Shown here in pieces: positions 11,101 to 19,100 of a stretch of DNA of 64,000 nt. The position numbers and the translations under genes are program-made. The number at the start of each line of letters is the position of its first letter. The first letter of the stretch is position 1. The notes below the pieces were generated by a model, which saw only the letters and a list, made by a program, of their open reading frames with translations, had not been told where the DNA came from and searched no databases. The stretch comes from a virus, in the IMG/VR virus record IMGVR_UViG_3300042691_030495; one strand, 5' to 3'.

Positions 11101-13591
11101 ATTAGAACGTCAAGACCTAGATGAGATGGCTAGCTTCCTGCAGAACCCTAAGTACAAGGATGCTCACGACGAAGTCCGTGATGTTTACGATGAGCTCAAC
11201 TCAAAGTACTTTGAGCAGGCTCCTGGATCAGGAGAGATCGAGGCCACAGAAGGCGGAAATGCTTCCTACAAAGGACCAGATGGATCTACTGGATCTATAA
11301 AGTCCGACGGCTCCGGCACCTGGGAAGGCTCCTTCACAGACGCTGAGGGAGAAGTCTCCACCAGAAAGTTTAAAGCAGAAGATAAAGCTGCTGCTTGGCT
11401 ACAGAAAAAAGTAGACGACTCTAAATTAGCTGCGTTTAAGAAAGAAAATGGCGGGCTATCTCCAAAGCAGCTCGAGCCAGCTACCTCTAAGCAGTATGAC
11501 CTACTGCAGGAACTTTTTGACGAGCGCGACGAGATTGATTCTCTAACTTCTGACGCCATCAAAGATGCTCTAGACAACCGCAACCTTTCTAAGTCTCAGA
11601 TTTCTGCCCTATTTGGCGATCTTCAGAAGAAGCCGTTCAAGCCAGGAGTAGACTCCACTAAGCCAACCGACAGAATGTTGAACTCTCTACAGGGCTACCT
11701 GACTACAAAGCAGATTTCTCCAGAAGAGCTAGACGACATCCTCAGTCAGCTTGAGGCAGGACTAGACCGCCCTGGCATCGAGGCCTTGACAAACAAGCTA
11801 CGTCGTAAGCCAGATAACGCTGACGCAGCTGGCCTTGACCAAGATGTTAACTCCAAGATTGACCCCACTATGCCTGACTCAGCAGTAGGTGCTGATGATG
11901 ACATTAAGCAAGAAATTGAAGACGCTATTGAGCGCGCCCGTAGCGATCACGAGCGCCTATTTGACGAAATAAATGCAAAAGAAGAAGACGGAGAGATAAC
12001 TCCGGAAGAGGCAGAGTCCCAGCGGGATGAGCTAGAGCAGGGCTTGGAGCAGTTCCAGTGGGCTGCCCGTAGACGCTACTACGATTATCTTTGGGAGACC
12101 GGAGAGTTCAACGAAGCGTACAACGATGTTCTAGAAGCATGGAACTCGCAGAGTTTCCGCGATGAGGAAAGAGATAGAGCTTCACTATTTGACGAAGAAA
12201 ACGAAGAGGATGAGGGATTAGACCAAGACGCTCCAACCAAGCCTCTCACCGAAAAGCAGCTAGAGCCAGCTTCTGACGCTCAGTACAACTACCTACAGAG
12301 TCTTGTTGAATCCAAGATGAATGTAGACGCTGACACTGCCGCCGCTGTTGCTGAAGCAGCTACTAACAAGAACCTAAGCAAGGCTCAGGCCGGTGCTCTT
12401 ATTGGCAAGCTCCGTGTTCTAGATGACAAAGAAAATCTTGGTCAGTACGGCAAGCCTTCTCAAAAGATGATTGACTCGGTTAATCGCGACGTCTACGCTA
12501 AGGGACTTTCCGAAGAAGACAGAAACGAGATTTTAAAAGATCTTGACAGCTTGTCTAAGGCTGATGTCTCAAGCATCATAAGCCAGCTCAAGGAGATGCC
12601 AAACGTTCCTGGAGGTCTCGACAACTACATCAAGTCTTTAGTTGAAGATGGAGATCTTGAGGCACTTAAGAGACTAAGAGCTGACGTTAGAAATGAAGAC
12701 TCCTTCTCTGTATTAGACAAAGCTATAGCTGATGTCGAGGCCGGAAACACTCCTGGACTAGATCAGGCTGCTCCTTCAGCTCCGGCTTCAGGACCTCTCT
12801 ATGACAGGGACGAAGCTTCGAACCTACTAGACGAGATAAAAGCGGCTGAAGACGCTGGTGAAATTGGTAGCACCTTCTTGCCAACAGACTCTCTTAAGGA
12901 TTTTGACCCTGAAGACATCGGAGATGCGGCTAGCATGTATGTCGAGTTAGACGATGCTATCGGCAATGTTGGAGAGGGCAGCTTAAGACAGAAGCTAGAG
13001 CAGTTTGCTGAAAAACTACTCAGCAGCATCCAGTCTAGGCTTGGCCCAGTTGAGTCCGCTAAGCGCGACAGCGATGATATCGGAAGCGAATTAGAGTTTG
13101 ATCGCACTTCTAGAAGAGCTAACGATCTTGTTGAGTTCTACTACCCCTCAGAAGGTATCGCTTTTGACCAGCTAAATGAGCCAGGAAACAGCAATGTTGG
13201 AGACAACAGAGGCGGCGGCTGGGAAGCACGAGTTGCTCTAGACGAAGATGAAGAAGAGGAAACTTGGGTTGCAACCTTAACCTCTCCCGAAAACGACAGC
13301 CAAAACGAGCAAAGAAGTTTTGACAACCAAGAAGACGCGGCTCGCTGGGCAGCAGAAAACTTAGAGTCTAATAATAACGAGCTTTTGCCATCAGAATTAG
13401 ATGAGTTTTTGAGTGGACAAATCTTCTCGACTTATGCTGACAACCCTCAGGCGCTAATCTCTAAGCTGAACGACATAGCTGAGTGGTTCCGAGGAACCCG
13501 TAGAGGCGACGGAGAAGACGTAGCTAGGGGAATCCTAGAATACGTAGATCGACTAGAAAACCTTCTTGGAGACTCTGCCCCAAAAGCGTAG
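8150..13591 (+). CDS. giant acidic polyvalent protein / putative polyprotein with repeated G[LF]DQ linkers
   Basis: 1813 aa, AGAAAGG SD, 7 G[LF]DQ plus one YFEQ motif separating small domains; in head module. Confidence 0.85.
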   Translation: MSQAFDSLLAKIENYYSDADYTVQDAEHLSRIAISEYASTQNALVASARQLSNNSVQKIIDLTINKHITADPSEWMLFAANAVDNVINYSQRGVLASGLSDFTDFLPVGHPSRTNRGAMTASALNQATALWTAADPRIASDEARYDTYKAYASQPGSVEADYAAYKLSALVAAGYVPEDISLPITAAFRMSFAMRSAMSKALAAVRRRHRDGRFAEEFGRLKGFFSRGDGSIFSENGRIVGAERGTNNFEVEFSGSDEIPDGIYTIDAAKTDSVKAVLSKRALKGVKGKRSIAVPTQAERDAAIPLDEFIKTKKDAPEGWTKNEDGSFTSKTGQTLRQVDTRPEGDYMFEGAGESGAEDPNEPFFELTDRDGEIIGVAQDWAGANKIALTYDAFEEDSKPEPEEPGLDQDAPASDQEDPTAIGKPEDPRAAAIEDLVSNLDSAEARREFERMERRDGSWLDSEQPSIDAYGPDDKNLNWNAEYDKTTKDLIEKIFSDPAVVEARNDRPLAKTQEGDPEDWELDNWYQEVGAAISWAAKKYAEEAAPGLDQDAPRSLNEPEDSAVDIGPDLERTDSGDLEYYSDTAGADISKVGDKWQLVKSGFEDIEQHPRGVYQYEDTKMFDSEQEAIAEAQKWIDLGKSSDFYDFMYNDWFDGQADGLDQDAKNPNWFEDAIDFDAIDNQDSWKDLGGGSREYTSPDGKLKLTFEPDGDSDGEGGLVDASGITVEYDGQSVGSFKATERDLTSPGEVADALSRTLAEANFNPNDLIKFDDFGNYGFERESGLGTVSISKKYDPNTKKLQWEVTKEARDLIDENVEHSFFEQKKFDSLDDARAFAEEFAQILNDDDKFSKFLNDDWADRDYDYGFDQAGGSTTDTVKQLADGYNITPRVEIVYNSNTKQYERSVNSNEFEADGDFYDFGSAVVNLSEYAPGKWVATIFYGDRDGSGQDTLELEQDFNSPEEAFEWVANGFGKGFDNSQVAEGVLERQDLDEMASFLQNPKYKDAHDEVRDVYDELNSKYFEQAPGSGEIEATEGGNASYKGPDGSTGSIKSDGSGTWEGSFTDAEGEVSTRKFKAEDKAAAWLQKKVDDSKLAAFKKENGGLSPKQLEPATSKQYDLLQELFDERDEIDSLTSDAIKDALDNRNLSKSQISALFGDLQKKPFKPGVDSTKPTDRMLNSLQGYLTTKQISPEELDDILSQLEAGLDRPGIEALTNKLRRKPDNADAAGLDQDVNSKIDPTMPDSAVGADDDIKQEIEDAIERARSDHERLFDEINAKEEDGEITPEEAESQRDELEQGLEQFQWAARRRYYDYLWETGEFNEAYNDVLEAWNSQSFRDEERDRASLFDEENEEDEGLDQDAPTKPLTEKQLEPASDAQYNYLQSLVESKMNVDADTAAAVAEAATNKNLSKAQAGALIGKLRVLDDKENLGQYGKPSQKMIDSVNRDVYAKGLSEEDRNEILKDLDSLSKADVSSIISQLKEMPNVPGGLDNYIKSLVEDGDLEALKRLRADVRNEDSFSVLDKAIADVEAGNTPGLDQAAPSAPASGPLYDRDEASNLLDEIKAAEDAGEIGSTFLPTDSLKDFDPEDIGDAASMYVELDDAIGNVGEGSLRQKLEQFAEKLLSSIQSRLGPVESAKRDSDDIGSELEFDRTSRRANDLVEFYYPSEGIAFDQLNEPGNSNVGDNRGGGWEARVALDEDEEEETWVATLTSPENDSQNEQRSFDNQEDAARWAAENLESNNNELLPSELDEFLSGQIFSTYADNPQALISKLNDIAEWFRGTRRGDGEDVARGILEYVDRLENLLGDSAPKA

Positions 13592-13608
13592 CCCCCAGCG
13601 AGGGGGCT
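13579..13608 (+). other. programmed -1 ribosomal frameshift signal
   Basis: C CCA AAA heptamer in correct phase (13579-13585), hairpin AGCCCCC-AGCGA-GGGGGCT (13590-13608), -1 frame open to 15897 and encodes GLDQDA. Confidence 0.8.
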
Positions 13609-15897
13609 GACAGTGGTGTTGGTCTAGATCAAGATGCCGCGGCTATTGACAGAATTAACAAGGTTCTAGCTAAGTATCGCCCTGAGCCAGCGCCAAGCAA
13701 CTCTGTACGTCCTGCGGTAGCAGTGGGCGAGCCAGGATCTAAAGCTAACCCACTCAAGCTAGATGACGAGCAGCTACAAGAAAAAACTACACAGGTCACT
13801 AAAACCAACCTAGCTGCTTCAATTTCAGTTCTTTCTGAACTATATGACGCTTTTGATAATGTTAAAAAATTCGCATTTTGGCGAAGAAAATGGGACCGCA
13901 ACGCTACTAGGCCTATACCAGTAAACCCTGGTACTGGAGCCTACTACAAAGGTCCCAACGTGTTTGCTTTAGAAGAGGCAGCGGCTAAGAACGGATTTAG
14001 CGACCCTCGTTGGATGACCGCTCAGCAAATACTAAATATGGGTGGGTCAGTTCCTAGCGGTACCAAAGGTACACAAATCCTAGTCCCTCAGGTTTTGGTT
14101 ACTGATGTCAAAGGCAAAGTTGTAGAGCTGTATGAGTTTATGAAGGTTACTGTTTTTAATGGCGACCAGGTCGATGGAATCCCGTCATATAACCAAGATG
14201 ACAACAAATCATATACTCCAGAAGAAGCTGCGAATATTCTTTTAGACCGCCTACGCGAAGCCTCTGAGATCAGAGACACCGGACAACCAAATGTATTTGG
14301 GATTCAGCTTGATGAAGATCAAAATCCTCGATGGATGCCAAACTACGGTTCTTTTCAGCCTGAAAAAATACGACTACCGCTTAGAGCAAATTTTGAGGAT
14401 GACGAAGAGTGGTTTAACACTCTAGCTCACGAACTTATCCACTCTACGGGTAAACTTAACCGACTTGATAGAAAAGAACTAGATAAAGCTTTTGAAGGTG
14501 ATGACTCAAGTAGGGCGGAGGAAGAGCTTACTGCAGAGCTAGGTGCCATGATTTTAAGTCGAATGTTTGGAATAGGTTCTGATTCTAAAAACTCTACAGC
14601 ATACTTACTTAACCACTTAAAAAATGTTAAAGAGCAAGATCGCAACAACGCTGTAACCGCTGCAGTGTCTAGAGCACAGGTTGCGGTTGAGTACTTACTG
14701 GGGAATGATGTTTTGCCTCAGTGGGACCCACTAAAGACTAAGGTCTTCCCAACCATACAGTCTGAAAGATTAGATGTCACTACTCCAAAAGCTTCAAGCT
14801 TAAACCCAGACCCAACTCCTGACTTTGTTGATGCCCAGTTAGCTGGCTTTGATCAGGCAGTAGGAGAGGAGTCAGTCGACCAGGGTAAGTCAATATCAAA
14901 CAGCAAAGACGCCAAAGAAAAAGTTCTGTCTAGCCTGTTAGAAAAAATTAAAGAAGGTAAGACTCCTTGGCGTAAACCGTTTAAAGAAGGATCAAACTTT
15001 GCAGGAGCAGACTTACCTAGAAACCCAGCATCAAAGCATATCTACAATGGCATAAACGCGATGGTTCTAAGACTAAACCAGCAGCTTTCTGGATATGACG
15101 ACCCTCGTTGGATGACATACAAGCAAGCTCAGGATCTCGGTGGAAACGTTAGAAAAGGCGAGAAGGGTGTTCCAATTCTTATACCTTTCAAGCAGGTTCG
15201 CAAAGAGAAAGATTCTGCAACTGGACAAGAAGTAGTTACCGGTAGCTTTATAAGATTTGGAACCGGAACAGTCTTTAACGTCTCTCAGATTGATGGCATT
15301 ACTCTTCCTACTGCTAAAGAAGAGGCAGGAGAACCAAAGACTCCTCTAGAGGCTCAAGAATTTATTTTAGAGCGCTACAAAAAGTCTATGGAAGCTAAAG
15401 GTCTAAAGACACCAGAAGTTGAGTACACCTACATTGGAGAGTACGGGAACCACGCTTCTTCTCCAAACTGGAGTCCTTCTCTAGATAGAATTACACTTCC
15501 AACCAAGGAGCAGTTCAACAGTCCAGAAGACATGTTTGACACTATTGCCCACGAGCTAGCCCACAGCACGGGACACAAGGATCGCCTAGATAGGACAGAA
15601 CTTACCAGCAAGTATGGATCTGATAGCGCCGCTCGCGGCCAAGAGGAGCTCATAGCTGAGATAGCAGCTGCTATTTTGGCGAGCATGTTTGGAGTCAATA
15701 GCGACTTTGATAACACTGCAGCTTACGTAAAGAGCTGGCTTGCAGCCCTAAAGGATGACCCTAACATGGTTACCCTATCCTCCTCAGAAGCCCAGAAGGT
15801 AGTAGACTACATACTAGGCATGGATCTAGGAGACTGGAGTCCAATAGAAGGCTACAAATCTACAGTTACTAAAAAAGATGGAGACTCAGATGAGTGA
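13585..15897 (+). CDS. ardC: tandem ArdC (ssDNA-binding plus zincin MPTase) modules, probably C-terminal part of frameshift fusion
   Basis: Two copies of W-R-[RK]..P.NP....Y.G.N..DPRWMT..Q...GG.V..G.KG plus HELIH/HELAH and EEL.AE; GTG at 13723 lacks an SD. Confidence 0.85.
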   Translation, partial: SVAPSEGADSGVGLDQDAAAIDRINKVLAKYRPEPAPSNSVRPAVAVGEPGSKANPLKLDDEQLQEKTTQVTKTNLAASISVLSELYDAFDNVKKFAFWRRKWDRNATRPIPVNPGTGAYYKGPNVFALEEAAAKNGFSDPRWMTAQQILNMGGSVPSGTKGTQILVPQVLVTDVKGKVVELYEFMKVTVFNGDQVDGIPSYNQDDNKSYTPEEAANILLDRLREASEIRDTGQPNVFGIQLDEDQNPRWMPNYGSFQPEKIRLPLRANFEDDEEWFNTLAHELIHSTGKLNRLDRKELDKAFEGDDSSRAEEELTAELGAMILSRMFGIGSDSKNSTAYLLNHLKNVKEQDRNNAVTAAVSRAQVAVEYLLGNDVLPQWDPLKTKVFPTIQSERLDVTTPKASSLNPDPTPDFVDAQLAGFDQAVGEESVDQGKSISNSKDAKEKVLSSLLEKIKEGKTPWRKPFKEGSNFAGADLPRNPASKHIYNGINAMVLRLNQQLSGYDDPRWMTYKQAQDLGGNVRKGEKGVPILIPFKQVRKEKDSATGQEVVTGSFIRFGTGTVFNVSQIDGITLPTAKEEAGEPKTPLEAQEFILERYKKSMEAKGLKTPEVEYTYIGEYGNHASSPNWSPSLDRITLPTKEQFNSPEDMFDTIAHELAHSTGHKDRLDRTELTSKYGSDSAARGQEELIAEIAAAILASMFGVNSDFDNTAAYVKSWLAALKDDPNMVTLSSSEAQKVVDYILGMDLGDWSPIEGYKSTVTKKDGDSDE

Positions 15898-16057
15898 AAA
15901 GAAACCAGACATCCTAGGTGGTTACACTGAAAATGATCCAGAATACTGGGCACTTTTAGCAAAGATCATAGGGAACCCTGTGCCAGAGTACGAAGACGAC
16001 AGCGAGTTCGTTGACGAAAATGGCGTTGTCATAAAAGACATAAAGCCCGCTGAATAA
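15890..16057 (+). CDS. small acidic protein (55 aa, not in ORF track)
   Basis: GGAG SD, overlaps ardC stop; MSEKKPDILGGYTENDPEYWALLAKIIGNPVPEYEDDSEFVDENGVVIKDIKPAE. Confidence 0.65.
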   Translation: MSEKKPDILGGYTENDPEYWALLAKIIGNPVPEYEDDSEFVDENGVVIKDIKPAE

Positions 16058-16076
16058 ATCACTTATAAAAATAACG

Positions 16077-16084
16077 GGTAATAT
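16077..16084 (+). promoter_or_regulatory. GGTAATAT late-type -10 element
   Basis: Motif variant 32 nt upstream of protease gene. Confidence 0.5.
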
Positions 16085-16115
16085 TGACCTAGGGTCTACA
16101 ATCTATAGGATTTGA

Positions 16116-19100
16116 ATGAATAACCTAATTGGCCGCTCTGGCAGCTTGTCTCTCTATGCTAATAACGAGCATGGAGTGATTATTGACTCCTCCATCGGAG
16201 CAGTTGTTGCTAGTGGTGCTGCTTCTGACGTTTACTTCCTTGAGAGCTGGGATCTTCCGACTGATCCGGGGGCTAAAGCTGAAATTCTATTAGCTGAAAA
16301 AGCCTTGAGCGCTCTTGAAGAAAAAGCTATTGTTGCTGCCGCCGACAGAATGTACACAATTCCGAAAACTGTACAGGCTGAAGCTAAGAAAGCTTTAGAG
16401 TGGCGCAAAGAAGAGAACCGTGGGGGAACTCCTGTAGGTCTTAACACTGCTCGCACTCTTGCAAAAGGCGGTCAGATTGGCATTCGTAAGATTCGCCACA
16501 TTGCAAAATACTTCCCTCGTCATGAGGTAGACAAAAAAGGCAAGGGCTGGAAGCCTGGCCAAGAAAACTATCCATCTAACGGACGCATCGCGTGGGCACT
16601 CTGGGGTGGAGATGCAGCATGGCGCTGGGCACGCACAATTGTAGAGCGTGAAAACAAAAAGCCTGTAACTTCAGGGGGCTACTACCCAGGGCAGACAAAC
16701 TTCGAAACAAGCTCGGAAGATATAAATCCATTTAAATACGCTAACGATCTTGACATGCACTACGGACCTGAATTTTTAGTCAGAGTCTGCTTAGACGGTT
16801 CCGGAATGGATCGCCTATACATGGTTGACATCGACGGATCGATTTACGTGTGGGACGACTCTAACTGGGACAACATGGGACATGTCGATGGTGATGTGTG
16901 GACATACGATCGTATGCTAGATGATGTTTACGATACTCAGGAAAAAACTCACGTAATTATCGACCCTCAGTCGGCTCTGCAAATAGCAGCACGCATGGCT
17001 GTAGATCCTGGTTGCAAAGTAACTATGTATGAGCTTGACCAGGATGAAGCAGCTCTTACTATGTCAGGGCTTCAGGATGAAGACTGGGACTTTATAGACC
17101 AAGTAATTGTTGCAGCCGGTACAGCTGACCCAACGACATCCCAGGCAGATAAAGATGGTGACGGAGTACTAGACTCTGATTTCTTATCTGAAAAAGCAGA
17201 AAACCAACCTAGAGATGCACGCGGTCAATTTGCTGCTGCAGGTTCTAGGGTTATTGTTGGTGGCGACGCCCAGCGCGGGTCAGGTGTTATTACAAAAGTA
17301 GACAGCAAGACCGGAATGGTTTCCGTTCGACTTGACAGCGGAAAAGAAATTGAAGTAGACGCTAAGTACACCGAAGGCGAAAAAGGCTTTGTTGGCCCTA
17401 GAGCCGTACCTAAGACCGTAGCCCCATTAGACCTTTCTGGAATTATTGGAGAATCTAGAACTCCAATTAACATGCCTAATGCTCACCTTCCTGGAACGCT
17501 ACCTCCGATGTCCAGTAGAGACATTGACAACATGCTTTACAACTGGCCTAAGTACGTATCTGACATGCGCAGTTCCTACAAGCCAGCAGACGCAGCAGAC
17601 AAAGAACGAGTAAAAAAGACCTGGGGACTTGAAAAGTTTGCAGGAGAAAACTCTATTGTTGCCGCAGCGGAAACAGAAAAGACGCTAACTCCAGCTACCT
17701 CAGATGTTCCACCTAAATACCTAGCAATAGTTACAGAGGAAAATCCTCAGGACGTAGTAGATCTAGTTGCACTGGTTCCAGCCAGTGCTACCTCTACCGA
17801 GCCTATTGCCTACACTAGAGATGGTGACAAGTGGGTCCGCGACGATCAGACCATGGCTGACCTCCGCTCTTCAACAAAGCCGCCTGTTATTGAGCTAGAC
17901 AAAGAGTCTCTAAATGATGTGCTTACTCAAATGTCTGAAACCGAAAAAGCCCCAACAAAGGGCATAGAAGAGTTTTCTACATTAAAAAATATTAATGCTA
18001 TCTTTGATGCTTTTGTTGCAGCTGGCGGTTTAGACCGTAACCGAGGAAACGCGGAAGAGCTTCGCCGTTACTGGACTTCAGGTAAGGGTGCAGCCAAGAT
18101 CCGTTGGGGAACCCCGGGGGACTGGACTAGATGTGTTCGTCAGCTTTCTAAGTACATGGGACCTAGAGCTAAGGGTTACTGCCAGCTCAGACATAAGGAT
18201 GCCACGGGAGTATATACAGGCAGTAGGCTAAACCCCGGAAGAGAAAACTCTATGGAATCCCAGATGTTTTCGTCCTTAGAAGATTTTAACCAGAAAGTTA
18301 TAGCCCACTCTGAGCTTGTAGCTAGGGCCGCGCACGCTAAAGAAAGATTTGCTGTAACTGCAGGAGCAACTCCAATGATGGACTCTGGCGCTAGGTTTAC
18401 TATCCCTCTTTTGATACCAGAGGAGCTAGAGTCTGGCGATGGAAGAAAGTTCAAGAAGGACTCAATAACACTTAGAGAACTTCCGCTACCTTTGCTATGG
18501 CAAATTAAGACTGGAGAAGGTCACGCCGGATCTGTAGTTGTTGGTCGGATTGACTACATAGAGAGAACCGAGAACGGATTAGGCAACGCCTATGGAGTTT
18601 TTGACACTGGAGCTTACGGAAAAGAAGCTGAACGTCTAGTTAGGAATGGATTCCTACGTGGAGTCTCCGCCGACCTAGATCAGTTTGAGGCTAAAGAAGA
18701 TAAGAAGCCTAAGCCTGAAGGTTCTGCGGAACTAGAAGACGAGGGAGAGATCGGCAAAGACAAACTCACGGTCAATAGGGCACGCGTAATGGCTGCTACA
18801 ATTGTAGCAAAGCCTGCATTCCAGGAATGCACTATTTCTATTGACGAATCAGGCTACCAGGAGGAAGAAAACATGCCCCTAACCGACGGTCTCTATGAGG
18901 AGACAATTGACTCTACCGTCGTGCCGCTAGTTGCCTCAGGATTTTTAGATTCAGAGATTCCTGTAGTTCCACCACAGGACTGGTTCGAAAACCCTAATCT
19001 AACTAAGCCAACCCCTCTAACTGTAGACCCAAGCGGTCGCATTTATGGTCACATTGCAGCATGGCACGTAAACCACATTGGTATGCCTCGCTCGACTCGT

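Noticed and set aside
13589-13627. Stop-codon readthrough or TAG recoding linking the giant ORF to ardC
   Set aside because: Frame 0 hits another TAG at 13625 and ardC is in the -1 frame; TAG ends many genes normally
13723-13725. GTG start for ardC given by the ORF track
   Set aside because: No SD, and the upstream -1 frame encodes the GLDQDA linker, favouring a fusion
9365-14856. GLDQ repeats as DNA recombination sites, integron-like cassettes or DGR repeats
   Set aside because: Nucleotides vary at synonymous positions; no recombinase or reverse transcriptase in the window
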